DNA from: Agathobacter sp.
Lineage (GTDB): Bacteria > Bacillota > Clostridia > Lachnospirales > Lachnospiraceae
Length of the DNA stretch: 64,000 nucleotides
Reading direction: 5' to 3'
NCBI GenBank assembly: GCA_045641385.1
Contig: JAZUGV010000034.1
Coordinates: 11,229-75,228 of the forward strand
Shown: positions 8,905-19,537 of the stretch, in pieces
Layout: the number at the start of each line of letters is the position of its first letter
Position numbering within the stretch: the first letter of the stretch is position 1
Position numbers and translations under genes: made by a program
The notes under the pieces: model-generated
The model's database searches: none
Seen by the model: the letters and a program-made list of their open reading frames with translations, nothing else
What the model was told of the DNA's origin: nothing

Positions 8905-10272
8905 CTAGAATGGCAATCCCATGCCCTTAAACATACCCTTTCTCATCTTCTTGCCGCCGAAGCCGCCCATCTGCTTCATCATCTTTTTCATCTGCTCAAA
9001 CTGCTTAATCAGACGATTGACATCTGCCACTTCAACGCCGGCGCCCTTTGCAATACGAATCTTTCTGCTAGGATTCATAATATTTGGATTCTGGCGCTCC
9101 TTTGGGGTCATGGAATAAATAATCGCCTCGGTACGAGCCATCTGCTTTTCTGCAGCATCGGTATCTAGGTTCTTTAAATTCGCGTTGTTCATCCCCGGAA
9201 CCATTCCTGGCATCATTCCCATCAGTGAGGAAAGACCACCCATCTTTTTCATCTGGCTCATAGAATCCAAATACATCTCGAAGTCAAACTCGTTCTTGCG
9301 CATCTTCTGTTCAAGACGCTTTGCTTCTTCCTCATCAATGTTTTCCTGCGCCTTCTCGATGATAGAAAGCACATCACCCATGCCAAGAATTCTTGATGCC
9401 ATGCGCTCTGGATAAAACTGCTCAAGATCTGAGAGCTTTTCTCCCATACCAGCATAGAGAATTGGCTTTCCGGTTACCGCTCTGATGGAAAGAGCCGCAC
9501 CACCTCTGGTATCGCCATCCAACTTGGTAAGGATGACACCATCGATTCCAATTTTTTCATCGAAGGTACTTGATACGTTGACCGCATCCTGACCAGTCAT
9601 CGCATCGACAACCAAAAGTGTCTGGAATACATCACACGCTTCTTTTATTTCAATGAGTTCCGCCATCATTTCTTCATCTACATGAAGTCGACCAGCGGTA
9701 TCAATGATGAGCACATTGCAATTTTGCTTCTTCGCTTCTTCAATGGCTGCCTTTGCAATTTTTGCTGGCTTTTCGTTTGCTCCCATCTCAAAGACTGGAA
9801 CATCCTGTTTTTGTCCATTGATTTTTAACTGCTCGATTGCGGCTGGACGATAAACGTCACAGGCTGCAAGCATGGTGCGCTTGCCTTTGCTTTTCAGCTT
9901 TCCGGCAATCTTTGCGGTTGTAGTTGTTTTACCAGCACCCTGAAGACCTACCATCATAATGACGGTGAGCTCCTGCCCGGGACGAAAAGCGATTTCTACG
10001 GTCTCTGAACCCATCAGAGAAACCATTTCTTCGTTAACAATCTTGATCACCATCTGTCCCGGATTTAATCCGTTCATGACATCCTGGCCGATTGCTCGCT
10101 CTTCAACTGACTTCACAAACTGTTTTACAACCTTGAAGTTAACATCCGCCTCGAGAAGCGCCATCTTAACTTCCTTTAAAGCAGCCTTAACATCAGCCTC
10201 TGTTAAGCGACCTTTGCTGCGAAGATTTTTGAATACATTTTGCAGTTTTTCAGATAAATTATCAAATGCCAT
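8905..10272 (-). CDS. ffh: Signal recognition particle protein Ffh
   Basis: GLQGAGKTT, DTAGR, TKLDGD..GG, Met-rich M domain with SRKIRIAKGAG. Confidence 0.98.
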   Translation of the reverse strand: MAFDNLSEKLQNVFKNLRSKGRLTEADVKAALKEVKMALLEADVNFKVVKQFVKSVEERAIGQDVMNGLNPGQMVIKIVNEEMVSLMGSETVEIAFRPGQELTVIMMVGLQGAGKTTTTAKIAGKLKSKGKRTMLAACDVYRPAAIEQLKINGQKQDVPVFEMGANEKPAKIAKAAIEEAKKQNCNVLIIDTAGRLHVDEEMMAELIEIKEACDVFQTLLVVDAMTGQDAVNVSSTFDEKIGIDGVILTKLDGDTRGGAALSIRAVTGKPILYAGMGEKLSDLEQFYPERMASRILGMGDVLSIIEKAQENIDEEEAKRLEQKMRKNEFDFEMYLDSMSQMKKMGGLSSLMGMMPGMVPGMNNANLKNLDTDAAEKQMARTEAIIYSMTPKERQNPNIMNPSRKIRIAKGAGVEVADVNRLIKQFEQMKKMMKQMGGFGGKKMRKGMFKGMGLPF

Positions 10273-10284
10273 ACTTTTACCTCT

Positions 10285-10650
10285 TTATAACTGCTCTAAT
10301 ATCTTTTGCGCCATCTGCTCCATTTTCTGGAGTGATGCGCTCTGTGCGTCGGTAAGCTCCTTTGCGCTTTCCGCTGACATTGCAGTGATCTCTTTGTGAA
10401 TCACTTCCACGTCTTCCTTGATGGATAAAAACTTTTCAACCAGATGAAGCTTCTCTTCAAAGTCTCCTAACTTCTTATCCAGACGCTTGATCATATCGGA
10501 AACACCCTGTCTTGAAATTCCCTCCTCCTCAGCAATTTCGGAGAGAGACAAATCATTATAGACAACATCCTCGTATATTCTACGCTGATGCTCATTTAAC
10601 ATTTCACCATAAAAATCGTATAAATACGCCTGTCTTATCTTCTTATCCAT
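10285..10650 (-). CDS. ylxM: YlxM/UPF0122 DNA-binding protein
   Basis: [24 protein letters not shown]; directly upstream of ffh. Confidence 0.92.
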   Translation of the reverse strand: MDKKIRQAYLYDFYGEMLNEHQRRIYEDVVYNDLSLSEIAEEEGISRQGVSDMIKRLDKKLGDFEEKLHLVEKFLSIKEDVEVIHKEITAMSAESAKELTDAQSASLQKMEQMAQKILEQL

Positions 10651-10678
10651 AATCACACCTTGAGTATACTAACATAGC

Positions 10679-10715
10679 AAAAAAGGAGTGTCAAGTATTT
10701 TTTCTTGACACTCCC
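10679..10715 (-). terminator. Terminator after glmM, overlapping the -35 (TTGACA) of a probable ylxM-ffh promoter
   Basis: GGAGTGTCAAG...CTTGACACTCC + T-run. TTGACA-17 nt-TAGTAT on the minus strand. Confidence 0.7.
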
Positions 10716-10727
10716 TTTGTTTTTTCA

Positions 10728-12056
10728 TTAGGCATTCACAACTGCGTCCTTGATGGTATTGGCCATCTCCTTGCAGAGTACAGCGTCCTCACATTCTACC
10801 ATGACACGCACGAGTGGCTCGGTACCGCTCTTTCGAAGTACCACGCGACCAGTATCCCCCATTCTCTCCTCGCAGGCCTTCACGCAATCCTTTACAGATG
10901 CAGTTTCAAGCGCTGCCTCTGGGTTGTCTACAGTCACATTGATGAGTACCTGTGGATATAAATGAACATCACGCACTAATGCAGAAAGTGGACACTTCTT
11001 CTGAATCATTACACTCATCACCTGAAGTGCAGTTAATACACCATCACCGGTGGTCGCATACTTGCTGATAATAACATGTCCAGACTGTTCTCCACCGACA
11101 TTGTAATCGTGAGCATTCATTTCCTCTGATACATATTTATCTCCAACTGCAGTCTGCACGTTCTTGATGCCCTGGCGTTCAAGTGCTTTGGTGATTCCAA
11201 GGTTTGACATAATTGTGGTAACAACAGTATCGTCCTTTAATGCACCCTTTTCCTTCATAAATACGCCGAGGAGATAGATAATCATATCGCCGTCCACGAT
11301 ATCTCCATTTTCATCGACTGCAAGACAACGGTCTGCATCGCCATCAAAAGAGAATCCTAAATCAAGACGGTTCTGACGAACATACTTCTGAAGTTCTTCA
11401 ATATGAGTCGAACCACAATTCTTATTGATATTAAAACCATCTGGCTGATTGTTAATGACATAGGTATCTGCGCCAAGCATATCAAATACGCTCTTTGCAA
11501 TCATAAAGGAAGCTCCGTTTGCACAGTCAAGACCAACCTTGTATCCGCGCATTGACTCATTGACAGTGGTGGTAAGGTAGTTCATGTAGCGGTTTCTTCC
11601 CTGCATGTAATCCTGCGCACGTCCTACGGCTTCATTTTCTGCAAGCTCAATGGAAATAATGCCATCGATATAGTCCTCACACTGTGCGAGCACTTCCTCA
11701 TCCATCTTCATTCCACTTCCATCGATAATCTTGATTCCGTTGTCATAGAAAGGATTATGACTTGCGGTAATCATAATACCAAAATCATATTTTTCCGTTC
11801 TTGTAATATAGGAAACACTTGGTGTGGTAGTTACATGAAGCAAGTCAACATCACAGCCAGTCGAAGTAAGTCCAGCGACCAGTGCATACTCAAACATGTA
11901 GCCTGAACGACGGGTATCCTTTCCGATGACGCATCTTGCATTGTCGGTCTTCTTTGAATAATAATAGCCTAAGAACTTACCAATCTTTATTGCATGATCA
12001 ACCGTAAGCACCTCATTTACTTTTCCACGAAATCCATCTGTTCCAAAATATTTCAT
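10728..12056 (-). CDS. glmM: Phosphoglucosamine mutase
   Basis: YFGTDG, TASHNP, FDGDADR, GGEQSGH, RKSGTEPLVRVM. Confidence 0.93.
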   Translation of the reverse strand: MKYFGTDGFRGKVNEVLTVDHAIKIGKFLGYYYSKKTDNARCVIGKDTRRSGYMFEYALVAGLTSTGCDVDLLHVTTTPSVSYITRTEKYDFGIMITASHNPFYDNGIKIIDGSGMKMDEEVLAQCEDYIDGIISIELAENEAVGRAQDYMQGRNRYMNYLTTTVNESMRGYKVGLDCANGASFMIAKSVFDMLGADTYVINNQPDGFNINKNCGSTHIEELQKYVRQNRLDLGFSFDGDADRCLAVDENGDIVDGDMIIYLLGVFMKEKGALKDDTVVTTIMSNLGITKALERQGIKNVQTAVGDKYVSEEMNAHDYNVGGEQSGHVIISKYATTGDGVLTALQVMSVMIQKKCPLSALVRDVHLYPQVLINVTVDNPEAALETASVKDCVKACEERMGDTGRVVLRKSGTEPLVRVMVECEDAVLCKEMANTIKDAVVNA

Positions 12057-12128
12057 ATTTTTTCTCCTTAATGTGAATCGTCTGGTCTCACCAAACGATC
12101 CTTAGTTTTCAGTACCGTATTTTGCCTT

Positions 12129-12665
12129 TTAATTGCCGGCGGTCACACGGTCGCTGGCGCGAAGTCCCTCCAGAAGATGAACCTCCATTTTACCAGCCTC
12201 AATATCCACATTTAAAATGCATTCACGAATCGCCGGAAGCAAAATTTCCTCTCCCGATGGAGTGTGAAGCACATAAACATCATTTGCACCTGTTGTCATG
12301 ACATCAAACAGACTTCCAAGGTCCTCGCCTTCATCGGAAACAACACTAAGACCAATCAGGTCTGAAATATAGTATTCATCCTTCTGAAGAGGAATTGCCA
12401 TGTCTCGGGTTACGTAAAGCTCGGCCTGTCGATATTTTTCGACATCGTTGATATTGTCGATGCCCTTAAATTTTAAAATGACCATATTTTTGAAGAATCG
12501 TGCCTGCTGAATTTCAAGCTCAATCTGCTTTTTTTTGTCATCTAAAATTACTTTTTTAATTTTCTTGAAGCGCGCAGGGTCATCTGTGGTAGGAAACACC
12601 TTAACCTCTCCCTTTACGCCATGTGTAGTGGTAATGACACCTACGCGAAATAAATCGTTATCCAT
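12129..12665 (-). CDS. rimM: Ribosome maturation factor RimM
   Basis: HGVKGEVKV, YYISDLIG, TGANDVY, LLPAI. Confidence 0.95.
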   Translation of the reverse strand: MDNDLFRVGVITTTHGVKGEVKVFPTTDDPARFKKIKKVILDDKKKQIELEIQQARFFKNMVILKFKGIDNINDVEKYRQAELYVTRDMAIPLQKDEYYISDLIGLSVVSDEGEDLGSLFDVMTTGANDVYVLHTPSGEEILLPAIRECILNVDIEAGKMEVHLLEGLRASDRVTAGN

Positions 12666-12674
12666 ATATTCCCC

Positions 12675-13895
12675 TTAAATTGAAGTACGAACCACCTTTG
12701 GCATATAGCCCTCTTTCTCGAGTGCCTTTAAAATCTGGTTTTTATGTTCTGTACCAAAGCTCTCTAAGGTAATGCGAAGCTCTACTGCTGCACTTCGGTT
12801 GGTGGTTACAAACTGGTTGTGTTCAAGCTTGATGACATTTCCCTGCTCCGTGGCAAGTGTCTGTGAAACCTTTGCAAGTTCTCCTGGCTTATCCGGAAGC
12901 AGAACAGATACGGTAAAGATACGGTCTCTGAAAATCAGTCCCTGCTGTACCACAGAACTCATGGTGATGACATCCATATTTCCGCCAGATAAAATCGAAA
13001 CAATTCTCTTGTCCTTCACATCTAAATGCTTTAATGCGGCAACGGTAAGAAGACCTGAGTTTTCGACTACCATTTTATGATTCTCCACCATATCGAGGAA
13101 CGCAACGATGAGCTCGTCATCCTCCACAGTGATAATATCATCTAAGTTTTCTTTGATGTATGGAAAAATATTGCTACCAGGAGTCTTTACCGCCGTGCCA
13201 TCTGCGATGGTGCTAACCCCGTCTAAGGTGGTTACCTCTCCCTTTTCAAAGGAAGCCTTCATGCAGGCAGCTCCCGCAGGTTCCACACCAATCACCTTAA
13301 TCTTTGGATTCAAAAGCTTTGCAAGTGTAGATACTCCTGTCGCAAGTCCACCACCGCCAATTGGAACCAAAATGTATTCCACAAGCGGAAGTTCCTTGAA
13401 AATTTCCATTGCAATTGAGCCCTGTCCAGTTGCAACGGCGAGATCATCAAATGGGTGAATAAAGGTATATCCCTTTTCCTCTGCCAGCTTAAGCGCATAT
13501 GCACAAGCCTCATCATACACATCCCCATAAAGCACAACCTCTGCACCGTGACTCTTGGTGCGGTTTACTTTAATTAGTGGCGTTGTCGTAGGCATAACGA
13601 TGGTTGCCTTACAGCCATAGCACTTTGCCGCATAGGCCACGCCCTGAGCATGGTTTCCTGCAGAAGCAGTAATCAAACCTCTGCTTCTCTCCTCATCCGT
13701 TAAGGTACTAATTTTGTAATAAGCGCCACGAAGCTTATAGGCTCCTGTGTACTGCATATTTTCTGGTTTCAGATAAACCTTATTTCCTGTCTGCTCACTT
13801 AAGTAATCACTAAATACGAGCTTCGTCTCAAGTGTTACCTCTTTTACCTTTTCACTTGCCTCTTCAAACTTATCAAGTGTCAACATCGATATCAT
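12675..13895 (-). CDS. ilvA: Threonine ammonia-lyase with C-terminal ACT domain
   Basis: KPENMQYTGAYKLRGA (PLP Lys), SAGNHAQG, PIGGGGL, SGGN, LPDKPGEL. Start may be ATG 13886. Confidence 0.9.
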   Translation of the reverse strand: MISMLTLDKFEEASEKVKEVTLETKLVFSDYLSEQTGNKVYLKPENMQYTGAYKLRGAYYKISTLTDEERSRGLITASAGNHAQGVAYAAKCYGCKATIVMPTTTPLIKVNRTKSHGAEVVLYGDVYDEACAYALKLAEEKGYTFIHPFDDLAVATGQGSIAMEIFKELPLVEYILVPIGGGGLATGVSTLAKLLNPKIKVIGVEPAGAACMKASFEKGEVTTLDGVSTIADGTAVKTPGSNIFPYIKENLDDIITVEDDELIVAFLDMVENHKMVVENSGLLTVAALKHLDVKDKRIVSILSGGNMDVITMSSVVQQGLIFRDRIFTVSVLLPDKPGELAKVSQTLATEQGNVIKLEHNQFVTTNRSAAVELRITLESFGTEHKNQILKALEKEGYMPKVVRTSI

Positions 13896-13941
13896 CTCTT
13901 TTCCTTCAAACTAATTCATAAACAAATTCACTCATGAATGA

Positions 13942-14895
13942 CTATGAGAACAGTGCCTCAACAAAGGCATCCGAATCAAACTTCTCTAAATCCTCGATGG
14001 TTTCTCCTACTCCAATATACTTTACTGGAACAGAAAGCTCGGACTGAATTGCCACTGCAATTCCTCCCTTAGCCGTTCCATCCATCTTTGTAAGCACGAT
14101 TCCTGTAATATCTGTCACCTCTGCAAATTCCTTTGCCTGTGCCAGCGCATTCTGTCCCGTAGTTGCATCGAGAACCACTAAGGTCTCACGATAGGCATCT
14201 GGATATTCGCTGGATAAAATCTTATTGATTTTACCAAGCTCGTTCATCAGATTCTTCTTATTATGGAGACGTCCTGCGGTATCAACTAAAAGTACATCTG
14301 CATTTCTTGCCTTTGCAGCCTGCGTCGCGTCAAAGACAACTGCCCCCGGATCCGAGCCCTCTGCTCCGCCGATCATCTGTACATCTGCGCGATTCGCCCA
14401 CTCCTTAAGCTGGTCCCCTGCGGCAGCGCGAAAGGTATCCGCACCGGCAAGAATCACCTTGCGGCCTGCGCTTGAAAGCTTTCCTGCCAGCTTTCCAACT
14501 GTGGTAGTCTTTCCTACGCCATTGACACCGACCACCAATACAACAGACTTTTCTGACTCGAAGCGGTAAGCCGCCTCCTCCACCATCATCTGCTCCTTGA
14601 TGCTGTCAATTAACAGCTGCTTGCACTCTGCTGGTTCCTTGATGTGCAGCTCTTTTACCTTGCCTCTTAGGTTATCAAGAATTTCCTCGGTCGCACGCAC
14701 ACCGAGATCTCCCATAATCAAAATTTCCTCAAGCTCCTCATAAAAATCTTCATCGATTTTTGAGAAGCCGGAAAAGATACTGTCCAAACCAGAAACAATA
14801 TTATCTCTGGTCTTGGTCAAACCCTTTACCAATCTGGAAAAAAATCCCGTTTTCTTTGGTTCTTCCTGATTTTCGTTTAATAAATTTTCACTCAT
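13942..14895 (-). CDS. ftsY: SRP receptor FtsY
   Basis: [32 protein letters not shown]. Confidence 0.97.
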   Translation of the reverse strand: MSENLLNENQEEPKKTGFFSRLVKGLTKTRDNIVSGLDSIFSGFSKIDEDFYEELEEILIMGDLGVRATEEILDNLRGKVKELHIKEPAECKQLLIDSIKEQMMVEEAAYRFESEKSVVLVVGVNGVGKTTTVGKLAGKLSSAGRKVILAGADTFRAAAGDQLKEWANRADVQMIGGAEGSDPGAVVFDATQAAKARNADVLLVDTAGRLHNKKNLMNELGKINKILSSEYPDAYRETLVVLDATTGQNALAQAKEFAEVTDITGIVLTKMDGTAKGGIAVAIQSELSVPVKYIGVGETIEDLEKFDSDAFVEALFS

Positions 14896-14944
14896 ATTGC
14901 TTTCTTACAGCAAACGCTGTCCTTATCTAGTCACTTCTTAATTC

Positions 14945-17900
14945 TTAGGCATCTAAATCATTTTCAATCAGATTTACTGATACTAACGTAGAAACACCCT
15001 TCTCCTGCATGGTAATACCATAGAGACGGTCAGCCGCGTTCATTGTACCACGACGGTGGGTGATTACGATGAACTGGGTATTCTTGGTAAGCTTCTCTAA
15101 ATAGCCAGCAAATCTTCCTACGTTTGAATCATCAAGCGCAGCCTCAATCTCGTCCAAAAGACAGAATGGCGATGGCTTTAACGCCTGAATCGCAAACAGA
15201 AGTGAAATCGCAGTCAATGCTTTTTCACCACCGGATAACTGCATCATATTCTGAAGCTTCTTTCCTGGTGGCTGAGCAATGACACGAATGCCACACTCTA
15301 AGATATCCTTGTCCTCATCCTCCATGAGTTCAAGGGTACCATGTCCACCTCCAAAGAGCTGCTTAAATACCTTGTCAAACTCGCGCTGAATGTCAGCAAA
15401 CTTTTCAGCGAACTGCTTACGCATTCCCTCGTCAAGCTCCTCAATAATGCCAATCAGTGTCTGCTCTGCCTCAATCAGATCATCGTGCTGTGCCTTTAGG
15501 AATTCATATCGCTCAGAAACTTCCTTGTATTCCTCAATGGCATTGACATTGACATCCCCAAGTGCGCGGATTTCGTCCTTGACTGCCTGAATCAGCTTCT
15601 TTAAATCAGAAAGGCTCTCAAACTCTTCACTGCGAAGCTCTGCAGCCGCATGAGGAGTTAACTCGTATTCTTCCCAGATATAGTTGATCTGAGAATCTAA
15701 AGACTCCTTAAACTTCTCCTGCTGTGAAGTCAGTCGAATCATTTCCTTTTCAAGGTCTGACTCACGCTTTGCAATTTCTTCCTGCTTCTGGAAGAAGCCA
15801 CGATATAAATCGTTCTTTTCATCGCGATTGCTGCGGGCAAGGGCAAGCTGATTTGCAAGTTCAGTATGCTTTGAATCTCCAGCCAAAATCGTCTGACGGA
15901 TTTCCTCGATATCGCTTAATTTCTTTTCGATATCGTTTTTCGCATTCTTTGCATTTTCAATCAGTTCCTGTCTCTCCACATCAAACTTATCGAGTTCTCG
16001 AGTTAATCGCTCGAGGTTTTCATTCAAATAGCCGGCGGTCTGTGATGCATTTGCTTCCTCGATTACAACTGCAGAAACAGCCTTTGAAGCCTCCTCCTCA
16101 AGTCCGCTCTGAGCCTTGATTATCTCAGTAAATCTTGCATTTTCCTCTGCAATCTCAGCCTCTCTCTTCTTATCGAAAGCTTCCTCATCCTCAATCTTTT
16201 GCTTTTCTGCGGTGATTTCACGGATGCTGCCCTCTAACTCATCCCCTTCGCTGCGAAGATTTTCAAAGGCCTTATCACTCTCGCTCTTGCGGGCATTCGC
16301 CTGCTCTAAATTCATGCGGGCGGTATTTTCTTTGATGTATAAATTCTGAAGAGCTACACGAAGATCATTCAATGCCTCTTCGCCTAAAGCACGTGCCATC
16401 TCGATTTCGTCCTTACGTGCAGATAACTCCTCTGTTTTTTTCTCTAACTCCTTCAAATGCTTCTCAAGGTCTTCGATTTCGCGCTTTCTTCCGAGAAGAT
16501 TTGAATTATTCTTGAAGGCACCACCAGTAAGCGATCCACCTGGGCTTAAATACTCACCCTCCAGTGTAACCATGTGCTGGCTATAGTGATTCTTCTTTGC
16601 AATGGCAAGTGCATGTTCAACGGTATCTACCACCAAAACTCGTCCAAGCAGATATGCTGCCACCTCGCGATACTTTTCATCGCAGTGAACTAATTCATTT
16701 GCAACGCCGAGTACGCCAGGCTCATTTAACGAATCCTTATTCTTGTCATTCTTGTTCGCACGGACTGAAGTAAGTGGAAGGAAGGTTGCTCTTCCCAAAC
16801 GATTCTCCTTTAAGAACTGAATCATCTTCTTTGCACAGGCCTCATCCTCAGTGACAATATTTTGGATATTTCCACCGAGTGCAGTCTCGATTGCAGTCTC
16901 ATACTTTTTATCTGTGGTAAGAAGGTCTGAAACAACGCCTAAAATTCCGCGGTTGCTGTCCTTTTGCTCCATAACACGACGGGTACTTGCCCCGTAGCCC
17001 TCGTAACGCTCAGCAAGGTTCTTTAAAGATTCCAGACGCGTTTCCGTCTTATTGTGATCGGTCTTTGCCTCTTCTAAAGCCTTTGCATTTTCGATTGCCT
17101 TAAGCTTCCATTCCTTATCCTTTGCAATCAGGCCCTCTTCTTCCGCCTTCTTTTCCTCTAAAATAACAGAGATTTCTTCAAAGGCAGCCTTTGCCTCTGC
17201 AAGATATGCTTCCTGCTCAGCTTCCATACTCTTCTTAGAAAGGAGTCTCTGATTTAACTCAGCTTTTCGAATATTGGTCTGCTCAAGCATGGTATCCATT
17301 CTCTGCTGGCGAGCCTTGATCGAAGCCTTATTATTCAAAAGACGAATGAGTTCCGCCTGGCCAGCCTCGATGCCGGCATTGCAGCGTGCAATCTCAGCCT
17401 GAATCTCATTTAAGCGGTTCGTTGCCTCACTCTTTTTGGCGGTGATCTGAGCCATTTCCTCATCGAACTTTGCTTTTTTCTCCTCGTACTCAGCCTTTGC
17501 TGCCATGCGCTCAGCCTTCTCTGCATCGATAGCAGACAGACGGGAATTCAAATGCTCATCTGTCATTTCGGCCGTATGAATCTGCTCATTCAAAATAGAA
17601 ATCTGACTCTCAAGCTTTTCCTTCATGACAGAAGAAGTGCTGATTTCTTCCTGTACAGAATTGATTTTTTCCTCGAGTTCTTTGATTTCGCTCTCGAGTT
17701 TTTCATACTCCCCGCGAATCTGCTCATGTTCAAGTCGAACGTCCTGCAAATCCTTATCTACGATTGCGTAGTTCTTTTCCACTTCAGCCTGTCCTGTCTT
17801 AATTCGCTCAGACTCAAGTAAAAACATATTGATATCAAAGGTTTTTAACTCTTCCTTTTTCTTAAGATAGGTTCTCGCCTTTTCTGACTGGCGCTCTAAA

Positions 17901-18511
17901 GGGCCAACCTGGCGCTCCAGCTCGGCTAAAATATCATTGACGCGCACTAAATTTTCACGCTCATTTTCGAGTTTCTTTACAGCGGTGTTTTTTCTCTTTT
18001 TAAACTTAACAATACCAGCTGCTTCATCAAAAAGCTCACGGCGTTCCTCTGGCTTTGAACTTAAGATTCTATCAATCTGGCCCTGTCCAATGATAGAATA
18101 TCCCTCTTTACCGATACCCGTATCATAAAAAAGCTCTGTCACTTCCTTTAATCTGCAGACACTGCCGTTGATCAGGTACTCGCTCTCTCCCGAACGATAT
18201 ACACGACGGGCAATGGTAACCTCCTCATAGTCAAGTGCCAGCTGATGATCAGAGTTATCCAAAGTGATTGCAACATAAGCGTAGCTCTGTGGACTGCGGC
18301 TCTCTGTTCCCGCAAAGATAATATCCTGCATTGATGCACCACGCAGCTGCTTCGCACTCTGTTCTCCTAATACCCAGCGAACAGCATCCGCAACATTACT
18401 CTTTCCAGAACCATTTGGTCCTACAATTCCGGTAATGCCGTTATGAAAATCAAATACTATTTTGTTTGCAAAGGATTTAAACCCATGCACCTCAAGACTT
18501 TTTAAATACAT
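14945..18511 (-). CDS. smc: Chromosome segregation protein SMC
   Basis: GFKSF, GPNGSGKSN, coiled coils, hinge GRATFLPL, LSGGEK, LLDEIEAALD. Confidence 0.98.
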   Translation of the reverse strand: MYLKSLEVHGFKSFANKIVFDFHNGITGIVGPNGSGKSNVADAVRWVLGEQSAKQLRGASMQDIIFAGTESRSPQSYAYVAITLDNSDHQLALDYEEVTIARRVYRSGESEYLINGSVCRLKEVTELFYDTGIGKEGYSIIGQGQIDRILSSKPEERRELFDEAAGIVKFKKRKNTAVKKLENERENLVRVNDILAELERQVGPLERQSEKARTYLKKKEELKTFDINMFLLESERIKTGQAEVEKNYAIVDKDLQDVRLEHEQIRGEYEKLESEIKELEEKINSVQEEISTSSVMKEKLESQISILNEQIHTAEMTDEHLNSRLSAIDAEKAERMAAKAEYEEKKAKFDEEMAQITAKKSEATNRLNEIQAEIARCNAGIEAGQAELIRLLNNKASIKARQQRMDTMLEQTNIRKAELNQRLLSKKSMEAEQEAYLAEAKAAFEEISVILEEKKAEEEGLIAKDKEWKLKAIENAKALEEAKTDHNKTETRLESLKNLAERYEGYGASTRRVMEQKDSNRGILGVVSDLLTTDKKYETAIETALGGNIQNIVTEDEACAKKMIQFLKENRLGRATFLPLTSVRANKNDKNKDSLNEPGVLGVANELVHCDEKYREVAAYLLGRVLVVDTVEHALAIAKKNHYSQHMVTLEGEYLSPGGSLTGGAFKNNSNLLGRKREIEDLEKHLKELEKKTEELSARKDEIEMARALGEEALNDLRVALQNLYIKENTARMNLEQANARKSESDKAFENLRSEGDELEGSIREITAEKQKIEDEEAFDKKREAEIAEENARFTEIIKAQSGLEEEASKAVSAVVIEEANASQTAGYLNENLERLTRELDKFDVERQELIENAKNAKNDIEKKLSDIEEIRQTILAGDSKHTELANQLALARSNRDEKNDLYRGFFQKQEEIAKRESDLEKEMIRLTSQQEKFKESLDSQINYIWEEYELTPHAAAELRSEEFESLSDLKKLIQAVKDEIRALGDVNVNAIEEYKEVSERYEFLKAQHDDLIEAEQTLIGIIEELDEGMRKQFAEKFADIQREFDKVFKQLFGGGHGTLELMEDEDKDILECGIRVIAQPPGKKLQNMMQLSGGEKALTAISLLFAIQALKPSPFCLLDEIEAALDDSNVGRFAGYLEKLTKNTQFIVITHRRGTMNAADRLYGITMQEKGVSTLVSVNLIENDLDA

Positions 18512-18514
18512 TCG

Positions 18515-19198
18515 TTATTCCCCTGATTCTTTTAATAAAAGGAGTGCCGCATAAGCAGCTTCCTGCTCTGCTCCTTTTTTCGTGTGGCCTTCTCCTATGG
18601 TAATCTGCTCACCATCGATCAATGCCGACACTTTGAAATGCTTATCATGGTCTGGGCCTGACTCCTCAATCAGCTCGTAGGTCAGACTCTTATGCATACC
18701 CTGCACAGCTTCCTGCAGGATGGTCTTGCTATCATAAAAGAGCTTTTTGTGCTCAATATCCGTCAATATGAACTTCAGGACAAAATCTTTTGCATTAGCA
18801 AAACCACCATCAAGATAGATTGCACCAATGACAGCCTCAAGAGCATCCGATAAAACGCTATTTCGATTGCGACCACCGGTCTGCGCTTCACCCTTTCCAA
18901 GATAGAGATGCTCTCCGAGATTGATTTCCTTTGTGCAATTTGCAAGTGTTGGTTCACATACCAGACTTGCACGCAGTCTGGTCAGCTCGCCTTCAGGAAG
19001 ATTAGGATAATTCAAAAACAAAAACTCACTGGATACCACTTCAAGAACCGCATCGCCCAAAAACTCAAGGCGCTCGTTATCCATGCCCTTTTTCATATGC
19101 TTCTCATTTGCATAGGAACTGTGAGTCAAGGCCTGTCTCAAAAGACCCATATTTTCAAAGGTATAGCCAATCTTGGCCTCCAATTCATGTTCTTTCAT
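18515..19198 (-). CDS. rnc: Ribonuclease III
   Basis: NERLEFLGDAVL signature and C-terminal dsRBD. Confidence 0.98.
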   Translation of the reverse strand: MKEHELEAKIGYTFENMGLLRQALTHSSYANEKHMKKGMDNERLEFLGDAVLEVVSSEFLFLNYPNLPEGELTRLRASLVCEPTLANCTKEINLGEHLYLGKGEAQTGGRNRNSVLSDALEAVIGAIYLDGGFANAKDFVLKFILTDIEHKKLFYDSKTILQEAVQGMHKSLTYELIEESGPDHDKHFKVSALIDGEQITIGEGHTKKGAEQEAAYAALLLLKESGE

Positions 19199-19225
19199 CA
19201 GAATTCCTTCCCTGTTAATAAATCA

Positions 19226-19258
19226 CAAAAACTCTCGCAACAATTGTCGCGAGAGTTA
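19226..19258 (-). terminator. Terminator/hairpin between acpP and rnc
   Basis: AACTCTCGC...GCGAGAGTT stem with a T-run on the minus strand. Confidence 0.65.
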
Positions 19259-19275
19259 ACTGTTTTTTATGTTGC

Positions 19276-19509
19276 TTATGCGTTTGTCGCATTCTTGATC
19301 TGCTCTACAGCATCTCCAACAGTAACGATGTTTTCAGCATCTTCATTTGAAATTTTGATTCCAAACTCATCCTCTAACTGCATGATGATTTCAAATACAT
19401 CAAGCGAATCAGCTCCGAGGTCATCTACAAACGAAGTATCCTCTGTAATTTCATTCTCATCTACATTTAATACGTCAGCAATTACTTTCTTAAGCTTTTC
19501 AAATTCCAT
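19276..19509 (-). CDS. acpP: Acyl carrier protein
   Basis: DLGADSLD phosphopantetheine motif. Confidence 0.97.
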   Translation of the reverse strand: MEFEKLKKVIADVLNVDENEITEDTSFVDDLGADSLDVFEIIMQLEDEFGIKISNEDAENIVTVGDAVEQIKNATNA

Positions 19510-19537
19510 ATTTTTTACCTCTCATATTCCTGTAATA

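Noticed and set aside
12075-12101. Hairpin upstream of glmM as a glmS-type ribozyme or riboswitch
   Set aside because: The intergenic space is only ~70 nt with a single stem, too small and lacking the core motifs.
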